Part shown: positions 1-10,500 of the stretch, piece after piece
Layout: each line of letters starts with the position of its first letter
How positions within the stretch are numbered: position 1 is the stretch's first letter
NCBI GenBank assembly: GCA_026225155.1
Contig: JAMFSG010000078.1
Span: 1-27,116 of the forward strand
Source: Verrucomicrobiota bacterium
GTDB taxonomy: Bacteria; Verrucomicrobiota; Verrucomicrobiia; Limisphaerales; UBA11358
Direction of reading: 5' to 3'
Length of the DNA: 27,116 nt
The notes under the pieces: generated by a model
Databases searched by the model: none
What the model was told of the DNA's origin: nothing
Seen by the model: the letters and a program-made list of their open reading frames with translations, nothing else
Program-made: the position numbers and the translations under genes

Positions 1-1
1 C

Positions 2-1132
2 ACTTACAAACGCGAACGCGTCATCTCCACACCGCAAGGCACGAGCATCCGTGTCGCTGACGGCCAGCCGGTGCTCAATTTTTGCGCGAATAATTATCTC
101 GGCCTCGCGCAACATCCGGACGTTTTGGCCGCGTCGAAAAAGGCGTTGGACGAATGGGGTTACGGCCTTGCTTCGGTGCGTTTTATTTGCGGCACGCAGG
201 GCGTTCATAAAAAACTTGAAGCAAAAATCAGCGAATTTCTCGGCACGGAAGATACGATTCTTTACGGCTCTTGCTTCGACGCGAACGGTGGGTTGTTTGA
301 AACGTTGCTCGGCGCGGAAGACACGATCATTTCCGACGAACTGAATCACGCGAGCATCATTGACGGTGTGCGTTTGTGCAAAGCGCAACGGGCGCGTTAT
401 CTCAACAACAACATGGCCGATCTCGAAGCGAAGTTGATCGCGGCGGACGCGGCGAAAACGCGTTTCAAAATGATTGCCACCGACGGCGTTTTTTCGATGG
501 ACGGTTACATCGCAAACCTGCCCGCGATTTGTGATCTCGCAGAAAAGTATAACGCGCTCGTCATGGTGGATGATTCGCACTCGGTTGGTTTCATGGGCAA
601 AAACGGTCGCGGCACGCACGAATATCACGACGTGATGTCGCGCGTGGATATCATCACCGGCACGCTCGGTAAAGCGCTTGGCGGCGCGAGCGGTGGTTAC
701 ACGAGCGGGCGCAAAGAGATCATTGAATTTCTGCGCCAACGTTCGCGGCCGTATCTTTTTTCCAACACGCTCGCGCCGTCCATCGCCGGCGCGTCGTTGA
801 AAGTTTTAGAAATGCTGACTGCTTCAACTGAGCTGCGCGACAAGCTGGAAGCGAACACGAAGTTTTTCCGCGAAGGCATGTCGAAACTCGGTTTCAACCT
901 CCTGCCCGGCACGCATCCGATCGTGCCCGTGATGTTGGGCGAGGCTGCGCTCGCCGCGAAATTCGCCGACGCGATGTTGACGAAGGGCGTTTACGTCATC
1001 GGCTTTTCGTATCCCGTCGTGCCGCAAGGCAAGGCGCGCATTCGCACGCAAATTTCCGCCGCGCATTCGCAAGCCGATTTGGAAAAAGCGATCAATGCGT
1101 TTGCCGAAGTGAAACGCGAATTAGGCGTGTAG
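2..1132 (+). CDS. kbl: Glycine C-acetyltransferase (2-amino-3-ketobutyrate CoA ligase), 5'-truncated by window edge
   Basis: The frame is open from base 2 ([13 protein letters not shown]...). It carries [21 protein letters not shown] (Kbl-specific), DDSH and the PLP-lysine motif [10 protein letters not shown]. Confidence 0.92.
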   Translation, partial: TYKRERVISTPQGTSIRVADGQPVLNFCANNYLGLAQHPDVLAASKKALDEWGYGLASVRFICGTQGVHKKLEAKISEFLGTEDTILYGSCFDANGGLFETLLGAEDTIISDELNHASIIDGVRLCKAQRARYLNNNMADLEAKLIAADAAKTRFKMIATDGVFSMDGYIANLPAICDLAEKYNALVMVDDSHSVGFMGKNGRGTHEYHDVMSRVDIITGTLGKALGGASGGYTSGRKEIIEFLRQRSRPYLFSNTLAPSIAGASLKVLEMLTASTELRDKLEANTKFFREGMSKLGFNLLPGTHPIVPVMLGEAALAAKFADAMLTKGVYVIGFSYPVVPQGKARIRTQISAAHSQADLEKAINAFAEVKRELGV

Positions 1133-1141
1133 TCCGCGCAC

Positions 1142-1213
1142 CGGAGCGCCGAGCATTGCTCCGCTCGGAGCCCGCCGCCGCCATCGCCAAGCCGAGCAAT
1201 GCTCGGTGCTCCG
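1142..1213. repeat. REP-like inverted doublet
   Basis: CGGAGCGCCGAGCATTGCT (1142-1160) is inverted to AGCAATGCTCGGTGCTCCG (1195-1213) with one mismatch, and each arm is itself a hairpin. Confidence 0.75.
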
Positions 1214-1256
1214 AAGGTGACGTAAGTCGCGCTGGTGAAATTTATTTTTTGGTTGT

Positions 1257-3623
1257 ATGACGAAAATGAAAAAAATACTTAAACAACGGTTGGGATGGCT
1301 TATCTTCGTAGTGCTGCTCGCCACACTGCCAGCGCTCAACCTCTCTGCCGCGTTGCCGGATGCTGCGCTCAATCTCAAACTCACGGCGCCCATCAATACA
1401 TGGGACGAAGCGGTGCCGCTGGGCAATGGTTTGATGGGTGGATTGCTTTGGGGTAAAAACAATCTGGTTCGCCTTTCGCTGGATCGCGGCGATTTGTGGG
1501 ACGACCGTCCGGCGGTCGAAAAAGAATGGTGGAAAAAGGAAACGTGGATCAAGGGCGGCGATTGGGATGCGCCTTACGATGGCTCCACACCGACAAAATT
1601 GCCCGCCGGTCGTCTGGAAATTCAGCTCGATCCGGCGCAACAAATTCAATCGTTTGAACTGAACCTCGCCACGGCGGAAGGCTCGGCGCATTTTACGAAT
1701 GGCGCGTCGTTGACGGCTTTTTTCAGCGCGGTGAAGCCGGTGGCATTGTTGCGCATTCCGGGCGCGGAACCGAAATCGTTGACGCTGATTCCGTCGGGCG
1801 CGAAAAAAAGCGGCGGCGACACGGGGCCGAGCAGTGGCGGCGCGGTGAGTAAATTGGGTTATCCGCCCGCGACCCGCGGCAGCGAAGGCAACGCGCAATG
1901 GTATGTGCAAACTGCGGCCGAAGGTTTCAAATATTGCGCCTGCGTGGAAACGAAACGGGTCGGCGCTGAAACCTTGGTTGCCGTCGCCGTGACCTCGACG
2001 ACGGATGGCGTGGATGTTTTAGGTATTGCGCGGCAGCGTTGCGCGGACGCACTCAAGCAAGGTTATGCCAAAGCCCTGAAGCCGCACGTCGGGTGGTGGC
2101 AGGATTTTTGGTCGCAATCCGATTTGCACATTCCTGAACCGGACATTGAGCGGCAGTATTATCTCGTGCGCTATTTTTACGGTGCCGCGTCACGTCGCGG
2201 TGCGCCGCCGATGCCGTTGCAAGGCGTGTGGACGGCGGACAACGGTGGTTTGCCGCCGTGGAAAGGGGATTATCATAACGATCTCAATACGCAGATGACT
2301 TACATGGGTTATCAGGAAGCGGGAAATTTCGACGAAGGTTTGAGCTTTCTCGATTTGCTCTGGAACCTCACGCCAAAGTTTCAGGCGTTCGCCAAAGATT
2401 TTTACGGAACGGACGGACTGGCCACGCCGGGCGTGATGTCTCTCACAGGTCAACCGCTCGCTGGCTGGGGGCAATACAGTCTTTCGCCGACGATGAGCGC
2501 GTGGAATGCCCACCTGTTTTATTTGCATTGGTGTTACACGATGGATGATACGTTTTTGCGCGACCGCGCCTATCCGTGGTGCAGCGAAGTTGGCAAATGT
2601 ATGATGGGTTTGCTCAAGCCGGATAAAGATGGCGTGTTAAAATTATTACGTTCGTCATCGCCGGAATTTTTCGACAACAGTGATCGTGCGTGGTTGGAAC
2701 CGAATAGCAACTTCGATTTGCAATGTTTGAAAATGCTCTTCCTCTCGCTCGCTGAAATGGCCGACGCGCAGGGCAAAACCGGCGAAGCCAAAACGTGGGC
2801 GGCGGCGGCGGCGGCCCTCGGCGATTTTCATGCGGATGATCAAGGCCAATTGATGCTGGATGCCAAAACTGAAGTGCCTTACAGCCATCGGCATCTCTCC
2901 AGCCTCATGGCGTTGTATCCGTTCAACCTCATCACCTGCGACGGTAGTGATCTGGATCGCCAACGTATTCGCGCTTCGCTCGCGCAATGGGGGAAACTCG
3001 GCACGGGCGCGTGGTGCGGCTACTCGTTTTCGTGGATGAGCTGTATGCAAGCCCGCGTCGGCGATGCGGAAGCGGCGTTGCGCAACCTCGATATTTTTGT
3101 GAAAGCGTTCATTCTGCGAAACGGATTTCACGCGAACGGCGACCAGACAAAATCCGGTTTCTCCGGCTTTACGTATCGTCCGTTTACGCTCGAAGGAAAT
3201 TTTCTGGCGATGCAGGCCGTGCAGGAAATGTTGTTGCAAAGCTGGAGTCCGACGCCCGGCCAGAATGACACAGGCAGCATTCGTATTTTTCCCGCGACGC
3301 CGTGGCGTTGGCACGATGCGTCGTTCGACGATCTGCGGGCCGAAGGTGGCTGGCGGGTTTCGGCGCGACGCCAAAACAACGCGACGACGTGGTTCAAAAT
3401 TACCGCGACGCATAAAGGATTGCTTCGTATCCGCGATAACTTTGACGGTCGCACGCCGAAGTGGAACCGTTCCGGCGTGAAAAAAGTGGGCGATCATTTT
3501 GAGATCGTTTTGAAAGCCGGTCAAAGCCTGGAAGCGACGTTGGACAAACCGGCGACAATTCCGCCCGCGCCAGAAAACCTAGCGGTGCCAGTGGAAATTA
3601 AAAAGGTCTCAGCGCGAAACTAA
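1257..3623 (+). CDS. Secreted GH95-like glycoside hydrolase (alpha-L-fucosidase/alpha-L-galactosidase family)
   Basis: Signal-peptide-like N-terminus and GH95 motifs WDEAVPLGNG, LQGVW, WKGDYHNDLNTQM, SPE, HRHLS and TLEGNF. Confidence 0.8.
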   Translation: MTKMKKILKQRLGWLIFVVLLATLPALNLSAALPDAALNLKLTAPINTWDEAVPLGNGLMGGLLWGKNNLVRLSLDRGDLWDDRPAVEKEWWKKETWIKGGDWDAPYDGSTPTKLPAGRLEIQLDPAQQIQSFELNLATAEGSAHFTNGASLTAFFSAVKPVALLRIPGAEPKSLTLIPSGAKKSGGDTGPSSGGAVSKLGYPPATRGSEGNAQWYVQTAAEGFKYCACVETKRVGAETLVAVAVTSTTDGVDVLGIARQRCADALKQGYAKALKPHVGWWQDFWSQSDLHIPEPDIERQYYLVRYFYGAASRRGAPPMPLQGVWTADNGGLPPWKGDYHNDLNTQMTYMGYQEAGNFDEGLSFLDLLWNLTPKFQAFAKDFYGTDGLATPGVMSLTGQPLAGWGQYSLSPTMSAWNAHLFYLHWCYTMDDTFLRDRAYPWCSEVGKCMMGLLKPDKDGVLKLLRSSSPEFFDNSDRAWLEPNSNFDLQCLKMLFLSLAEMADAQGKTGEAKTWAAAAAALGDFHADDQGQLMLDAKTEVPYSHRHLSSLMALYPFNLITCDGSDLDRQRIRASLAQWGKLGTGAWCGYSFSWMSCMQARVGDAEAALRNLDIFVKAFILRNGFHANGDQTKSGFSGFTYRPFTLEGNFLAMQAVQEMLLQSWSPTPGQNDTGSIRIFPATPWRWHDASFDDLRAEGGWRVSARRQNNATTWFKITATHKGLLRIRDNFDGRTPKWNRSGVKKVGDHFEIVLKAGQSLEATLDKPATIPPAPENLAVPVEIKKVSARN

Positions 3624-3901
3624 ACTCAACCACATCCGAACGTGTGAAGCGGATTATTTCGCTAACGGTCTTGACCGGCAAACCTCACGGCGGTGGTCGG
3701 TCTGCCGGCAAAAGATATTAAGTCTATACCGAAAGCGTGGGTCACTCACCCAGCGAACCGGCGTGAAATGCGCTAAAATGGAAACCCGTAACGCCGGGTT
3801 GGAAGTGGGTTCCGGCGATGATCATTGCGAGTCGAGTGGATGATTTAACTGCACCCCAAGATCGCGTGGGAATTTTTCCCCGCCAATCTCTAGCCGCAGG
3901 G

Positions 3902-4678
3902 CTACTTCTTCGCTTGTAAATAGTAGACGGGGTTTCTGTTCCCGTAGACGATGTTCGTCCAATTCATAAATACCGCATGGCCATCCATGAAAGAATAGAT
4001 ATCGCCTTTGCCGTTGCCGTGCCGGATATAAGCTCCGCCGGTCGGGAGCGGACCGGGAGCAGGGGCGGGTGAAAAATAGGGATAAAGATAACCGAACTGG
4101 TCCCATTTCAAGGTGTTTTTCGGCGTCTGATCTAAACTATCGCCATTGACGAAGGTATCGCTCGGCTTGGTAACGATCGTTGATTTTTGCCGACCATATC
4201 CGGAGTTACTCGTATCGGGGTCAATGAAACCAAGATAGGCAAAATTGGCACCGTAACCGCCAAAGCTGCCAGCGCCGTAAGAGGTGGCTGGGATCTGACC
4301 CTGAATGTTCGCCATCGGACAAGCGGCGATGCTATTGGTCGCTGACACATTGGTGACGCTGCCGCTGCCGTTGATCCCGAGAAAAGAGCTGATTTCCGCG
4401 AACCATTGGGACGGCGCGTAACTGCCCGACTTATATTGATAAGCGCAGACGGGCAGATAATCGTTGCGATCGCCCGCATAAAGGATATAGCCCAAAGCGA
4501 TTTGTTTTTGGTTGTTAACGCATTTGATCGTCTTGGCCTTGGTTTTAGCCTTGGCCAAAGCGGGCAACAGCATCGCGGCGAGAATCGCGATGATGGCGAT
4601 GACGACCAACAATTCGATCAATGTGAATGCGCCACGCTTGGTCGTCGTGGTGATCAGACTTTTATTTGATGTTTCCAT
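3902..4678 (-). CDS. Prepilin-type N-terminal cleavage/methylation protein with C-terminal H-X9-DG-like motif (DUF1559-like)
   Basis: KRGA|[24 protein letters not shown], then KCVNNQKQI, and C-terminal [17 protein letters not shown]. Confidence 0.88.
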   Translation of the reverse strand: METSNKSLITTTTKRGAFTLIELLVVIAIIAILAAMLLPALAKAKTKAKTIKCVNNQKQIALGYILYAGDRNDYLPVCAYQYKSGSYAPSQWFAEISSFLGINGSGSVTNVSATNSIAACPMANIQGQIPATSYGAGSFGGYGANFAYLGFIDPDTSNSGYGRQKSTIVTKPSDTFVNGDSLDQTPKNTLKWDQFGYLYPYFSPAPAPGPLPTGGAYIRHGNGKGDIYSFMDGHAVFMNWTNIVYGNRNPVYYLQAKK

Positions 4679-4810
4679 TTATACTCGCTTTCTTACTTTT
4701 TGGATGCCAACGATTTAAATCAGGATGGTTCGAATCTGTATTGGTTGATCACTGAGTTCGGCCTGATTCCGGCAACTGAAGTATTTTAATTCGCGTTATT
4801 ATTTTCACAA

Positions 4811-4826
4811 TATGACGAATGTCACA
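4811..4826. promoter_or_regulatory. CRP/FNR-like palindrome TATGA-N6-TCACA in divergent intergenic region
   Basis: TATGA CGAATG TCACA is 1 mismatch from TGTGA-N6-TCACA and lies in an AT-rich stretch between divergent genes. Confidence 0.3.
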
Positions 4827-4991
4827 TGATGCCGGGGTGGCAGTGACGAAGATTTTAGCTTATTAAAAGACGTGTCAGCAGCGGACGGACCGCGGTCTTT
4901 CAGCCGCTTCAGCGGGACTGCTTCGCTCCCCCGAATGCGGAGGTTGCTTTTCATTCGTGGCTCTTTATTTTTGTGTCAACGTAAACAAATC

Positions 4992-7355
4992 ATGAAAATT
5001 AAATTCATCCAATCAGTTTCCCGGTTCCATTGGACCTGCGCCTGCGCGTTGCTGTTGAGTGCGGCGATCTCGTCGCGGGCGGCGGAAACGATGCCGGTCG
5101 GCACTAACACGTTCGTGATCGGCACGAATAATTTTCTGCTCAACGGCCAACCGTTTCTCATCAAGGCGGGCGAAATTCATCCGGCGCGCGTGCCCCATGA
5201 ATATTGGGCGGATCGTTTGCGGATGATGCACGCGATGGGTTTGAACACCGTTTCGATCTACACGTTTTGGAATCAATTTGAAACGCGTCAGGGCGAATGG
5301 AATTTCACCGGCGACGCGGATGTGGCGGAATTTGTCCGCCTCGCGCAAAAGGAAGGTCTGTGGGTCATCCTGCGGCCCGGCCCGTATGTGTGCGCGGAAT
5401 GGGAATTCGGCGGCTATCCGTGGTGGTTGCTCAAGGAACATGATTTGCAAGTGCGCAGTCAGGATCCACGTTTTCTCGCCGCAGCGGGAACGTATCTGAA
5501 AAAGCTGGGCGAACAACTCGCGCCCTTGCAGATCACGCATGGCGGGCCGATCATCCTGGCGCAGGTGGAAAATGAATACGGCAGTTTCGGCAGCGATCAT
5601 GTGTATATGCAGAAAATCATGGACCTCGAACGCGCCGCTGGTTTTAACGTGCCGTTCTTCACCGCTGACGGTGGCGGCAACATGATGGCGAGCGGACATT
5701 TGCCGGACGCGTTACCGGGCTTGAATGGCGGCGGCGAAAACACGATGAAGGAAGTTGGCAAATATCGTCCGACGGGGCCGTGGTTGGTGCCGGAATTCTA
5801 TCCCGGCTGGCTGGATCATTGGGGCGAACCTCACGCGCAGATTGGCATTGGCGGCTTGGTGGAAGAAGCGGAATGGAAAATTAACAACAACGTTTCGTTC
5901 TGTTTTTACATGGTCTATGGCGGCACGTCGTTCGGTTTTATGAACGGCGCGAATTACGGCGGCCACTTCCAACCGCAACCGACGAGCTACGATTACAATT
6001 CGCCCATGGACGAGACGGGGCGTCCGACCAAAAAATTCTTCGCGTTGCGGGAAGAATTAGCCAAGCACATCATGCCCGGCGAAACGTTGCCCGACGTTCC
6101 TGCTATGCCGGCGACGATAGCCATTCCGACCATTGCCATCACGGAATCCGCGAGCCTCTTTGATAATTTGGGCAAGCCCATCCGCTCCGAAAAACCGTTG
6201 AGCTTTGAAGACTTGGATCAAGGTTACGGCTACGTTTTGTATCGCACCCACATTGCGGACGCGACGACGAATGCGTTGCTCGCCATCAAAGAACTGTGCG
6301 ACTTCGCCACGATTTATATTGATGGCAAACACGTCGCGACGCTGGATCGTCGTCATCATCAAGATTCCGTCACGCTCACGAATCTCAGCGCGGGTGACAC
6401 GCTCGACATTCTCGTGGAGAACGGCGGACGCATCAATTACGGCGGCCAACTTCGCGATAATCGCAAAGGCATCACGGAGTCGGTCACGCTCGGCGACACG
6501 GTTTTGACGGGTTGGGAAATGTATAAATTTCCCTTTGATGACAGCGCGAAAATTTCCGCCCTGGACTTTCGTTCCTCGTCCACGCTGCCCGCGCCGGCCG
6601 TGCATCGCGGCACGTTTGACGTGGCCGCACCGGGCGACACCTTTCTCGACTTACGCGGTTTTGGCAAAGGCATTGTCATCGTCAACGGCCATAATCTCGG
6701 ACGTTATTGGTATATCGGCCCGCAACAAACGCTCTATTGTCCCGGCGTCTGGCTCAAAAAAGGTAGCAACGAAATCGTGATCTTTGAACAACTCCAAGAC
6801 GGCACCAACACGCTCAGCGCGCTGGCGACGCCGGTGCTTGATCAATTGAAAAAAGATCAGAACGCACCGGGTCGCGGCAAGATGATCGAACCTAAAATCG
6901 AAGCCGCCGACCTCATCCAATCCGGCACGCTCGCGGATAGTGGCGACCTGCAAACGATCACTTTCCCGCAAAAATCTGCGCGTTATATCTGCCTGCAAGC
7001 CTTGTCCTCGCAGAACGACGACGACTTCACCACGCTCGCGGAACTCAAAGCGGTGAATGCCGCCGGTAAAAATATTCCGAGCAAAAACTGGAAAGTGATT
7101 TACGTGGACAGCGAAGAAAACTTTGCGGAAGGTGACCCGGCGGAAAACGTGTTCGACGGGCACGCTAATACTTACTGGCATACGCTCTGGAGCGCGCCCC
7201 ACACCGTGCATCCGCACACGTTGGTCATTGATCTGGGGGCCGTGCGCGATCTTACCGGCATCAAATTATTGCCGCGTCAAGATTCCGATCACGGCCGCAT
7301 CAAAGATTATCGTCTCTATCTCCGCGAACAAGCCTTTGCGCCCGCGCATCCGTAA
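4992..7355 (+). CDS. Secreted GH35 beta-galactosidase with C-terminal F5/8 type C (CBM32-like) domain
   Basis: GEIHPARVP, RPGPYVCAEWEFGG, acid/base QVENEYG, nucleophile region PEFYPGW, TSYDY and C-terminal FDG..YWHT..VIDLG. The ATG at 4992 (MKIKFIQ, signal peptide) is preferred over the ORF-track GTG at 4872. Confidence 0.9.
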   Translation: MKIKFIQSVSRFHWTCACALLLSAAISSRAAETMPVGTNTFVIGTNNFLLNGQPFLIKAGEIHPARVPHEYWADRLRMMHAMGLNTVSIYTFWNQFETRQGEWNFTGDADVAEFVRLAQKEGLWVILRPGPYVCAEWEFGGYPWWLLKEHDLQVRSQDPRFLAAAGTYLKKLGEQLAPLQITHGGPIILAQVENEYGSFGSDHVYMQKIMDLERAAGFNVPFFTADGGGNMMASGHLPDALPGLNGGGENTMKEVGKYRPTGPWLVPEFYPGWLDHWGEPHAQIGIGGLVEEAEWKINNNVSFCFYMVYGGTSFGFMNGANYGGHFQPQPTSYDYNSPMDETGRPTKKFFALREELAKHIMPGETLPDVPAMPATIAIPTIAITESASLFDNLGKPIRSEKPLSFEDLDQGYGYVLYRTHIADATTNALLAIKELCDFATIYIDGKHVATLDRRHHQDSVTLTNLSAGDTLDILVENGGRINYGGQLRDNRKGITESVTLGDTVLTGWEMYKFPFDDSAKISALDFRSSSTLPAPAVHRGTFDVAAPGDTFLDLRGFGKGIVIVNGHNLGRYWYIGPQQTLYCPGVWLKKGSNEIVIFEQLQDGTNTLSALATPVLDQLKKDQNAPGRGKMIEPKIEAADLIQSGTLADSGDLQTITFPQKSARYICLQALSSQNDDDFTTLAELKAVNAAGKNIPSKNWKVIYVDSEENFAEGDPAENVFDGHANTYWHTLWSAPHTVHPHTLVIDLGAVRDLTGIKLLPRQDSDHGRIKDYRLYLREQAFAPAHP

Positions 7356-7441
7356 AATTTGAGCGGGACGGCGCGCGGCGCCGTCCCCGTCAGGTTGCGG
7401 CGCAACGGATATCGCAGCGCGCGGTGCCGACCGTTTAAATT
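7356..7441. repeat. Palindromic REP-like element / possible terminator after GH35
   Basis: Hairpin GGGACGGCGC-GCG-GCGCCGTCCC at 7365-7387, with the element bounded by AATTT...AAATT. Confidence 0.55.
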
Positions 7442-7467
7442 GAGCTATCACTGAGATCAGCCCTCCG

Positions 7468-7496
7468 TTGACGCCTGTTTTCCGCTCCTCTATTGT
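7468..7496 (+). promoter_or_regulatory. Sigma70-type promoter for GH78 gene
   Basis: TTGACG (7468-7473), 17-nt spacer, TATTGT (7491-7496), 21 nt upstream of the ORF start. Confidence 0.55.
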
Positions 7497-7517
7497 GTCA
7501 CTCTGAACACTAGACGC

Positions 7518-10500
7518 GTGAAAATAATAATGATGTATTGGCTCATGCTTTGCCTCGTTACGGCCAAAGCAGCCGCTTTAATTAGTGTCGGCCAGCTTCG
7601 TTGCGAAGGTCTGGCGGCGCCGGTAGGGATTGATATTATCCAACCGCAGTTTAGTTGGATTTTAACTTCGGATCAACGCGGTGAGAAGCAGACCGCTTAT
7701 CAAATCATAGTGGCTTCGTCGTTGGCTGGACTCAACGCGGATAACGGAGATCTCTGGGATAGTGGCAAGGTGCTTTCAGACGAAACCGCTCACCTAGCGT
7801 ATCAAGGTAAAACCTTAGCTTCCCGGCAAACGTGCTTTTGGAAAATCAAGTCTTGGAATCGCGACGGCCAACCATCCGCTTGGAGCGAACCAGCTTCGTG
7901 GAGCATGGGATTACTCCAGCCGACCGATTGGGCGGCGCAATGGATCAGTGATCCTATTCTGGCGAATCCCACCAATCGTCCACTGACGCCGATAAATTGT
8001 TATCGTAGTGAATTAGCGGCGCGTCCGGATGTCACTAAATGGATCGTGCTAGATCTTGGTTCTAGTAAGCGAATGGATGCGTTAGACCTCATGCCCGCCC
8101 GTCCGCCCGGTCAGAATAGCGATTTTTACACGGTGATGTTCCCGCTGCGATTCAAAGTAGAGACGGCCGATAATCGGGATTTTACGAACGCGCAAAGGGT
8201 GGTGGATAACACCGATAAAGATTTTCCCTCCCCGCGCAATAACTCCTGCCGCTTCCAATTTCCGGCGGTCACGGCGCGCTATGTCCGGCTCACCGTGACT
8301 CGGTTGAACTGCTGGGATGGTCAGGATTATGGCGTTGCTTTGGGCGGACTCGCTATCTTTGATGGCTCGCAATCGATCGCCGTTGGGGCCGGGGTGGAGT
8401 GCTCGGATTCGATCGAGTCGGAACGCTGGTCAAAAAAATTTCTCGTAGACGGAAAGCCGTCGGTAGCACTGGTTGATTCACCGGCTTTGGATGTGGGCAT
8501 GGCGGATACCACGAAAAAATTTACCGTCTCGCGCGTGCCGCTGTTGCGTCGGGAATTTAATCTTGCGGGCAAAGTGCGTCGCGCCACGCTTTCCATTTCT
8601 GCGCGTGGTTTCTACGAAGTGCATATCAATGGTCAACGTGTCGGTGATGAATGGCTCACCCCGGGTTTCACGGACTATGGGGCTCGTCTCCAATATGAAA
8701 CTTACGATGTCACCCGTTTGCTTCAGCCCGGAACCAACGCCATCGGCGCATTGTTGGGTTACGGTTGGTATGCCGGTCACATGAACCTATTCGAAATGCG
8801 TTGTATCTACGGATATTTTCCGCAGTTGTTCGCGCAGCTAGAGGTGGAACTGATGGATGGCTCGCACGTGACTCAAAGCACGGATGACAAATGGCGAAGC
8901 ACTTTGGACGGCCCGGTGCGTTGGTCTGACTTATTAGATGGTGAAGGGTATGATTGCCGCAAAGAAATGAGCGGCTGGGATCAACCCGGCTTCGACGATC
9001 ATACTTGGCAACCCGCTTGGACGCAGCCGCGCAATGAAGTGCCGTTGGTGTGGGATCGCTGCCAGCCCGTGCGCGTCATCCGCGAATTTAAACCTGTGAC
9101 CGTGAAGGAAGTAAAACCGGGCGTCTATGTTTTTGATTTCGGTCAGGAAATCACCGGTTGGTGCCGCTTGAAGCTAGCCGGGCCGACGGGCACGCACGTG
9201 CGACTACACTACACTGAAATGATTTCTCCCGATGGTAATATCGATGACACCTCGCTGATGGGCACATTGCAGGAGGATGATTATATTTCCGATGGTCAAG
9301 GTGAGCGCACGTTGGAACCGCACTTCACCTATCATGGTTTTCGTTACGTTGAACTATCGGGACTGCCCAGCCGATTGCAGCCCGATACCCTTATCGCCGT
9401 CAATGTGCGCACGGACGCTGCCGTCGCCGGACATTTTGAATGCTCCAATGAGTTATACAACCATATCCAAAAGGCCGCCACGTGGACGCAAGCTAACTTA
9501 CTCTTCGATGTGCCGGCGGGTTGTGCGGCCCGTGGCGAGCGCCTCGCGTGGCTGGGCGATATCCGGCCCTGCGTGCAATCCTTGTTACTTAATTATGATA
9601 CCGCGCCGTTGCTGACTAAATATGTGAACGACATCCGCGATGATCAGACCGCCGATGGACGTTTTACCGACATTGCGCCCCACGCCCATCTTACGGGCAC
9701 GACGGTTTGCGTGGGCTCGCCCGGTTGGGCGGATGCCGGTGTTTCTTTGCCTTGGGAGCTCTATGTGAATACTTGCGACCGACGCCTGCTCGCCGAACAT
9801 TTCGCGGCGGCGCAGCGTTGGGTGGAGGTGATTCACGCCAGCAATCCTGACTTGCTGTGGCGAAATAATCGCGGTCAAAATTGGGGCGATTGGTTGAGCG
9901 CGGGCCCGGAAACGCCGAGAGAATTGGGCGCCACCGCTTTCTTCGCGCACTCCACCGACCAACTCGCACGCATGGCGCAGGCATTGGGACGTCAGGATGA
10001 TGCGGAAAAATATCAAACTTTGTTCCAAGCTATTCGGCGGGCCTTTGTCAAAAAATACGTCAGCCCGAGCGGGGTTATTGGTGGGAATTCTCCGGGCAAC
10101 CCCATCCTGCGTGACGTTACCAGCCTCGTTCGTTCCCTGATAAAAAATGGAAAGTTAAACTTCACCGTGATCAATGATGTGCTCGGCGGCGATCCGGCTC
10201 TGAATAAAGTTAAAAAACTTCACCTAGTCATTCGTCACGGAAATGAATCCGAAGACTCGGCATTTGTCGAAGGTAGTAAGGTTGAAATCGGTAGTCAAAG
10301 CGGTCAGCCCCTCGAAATCGTTTCCGCTACCTATGGCTATGACGCCCTGGACTTAGGTGATACGCAAGGTAGCTACGCGCTCGCGTTACGTTTTGGTTTG
10401 CTCGACGAACCCTTACGTTCCCAAGCCGCCCAGCGGTTAAACGAACTGGTGATTAAAAATAAATTTCATCCGACCACCGGATTTTGGAGCAGCATTGAAA

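Noticed and set aside
2-1132. bioF (AONS synthase), given bioB in the window
   Set aside because: The SVRFICGT motif is characteristic of Kbl, and bioB is 17 kb away on the other strand.
3624-3901. Possible ncRNA or small ORF between the convergent GH95 and pilin-like genes
   Set aside because: Only modest hairpins are present (e.g. CCGGCA...TGCCGG near 3675-3708). There is no recognisable RNA family or convincing ORF.
4872-4991. 40-aa N-terminal extension of GH35 from the ORF track
   Set aside because: The signal peptide begins at the ATG at 4992, and the extension overlaps a REP-like hairpin and looks non-coding.
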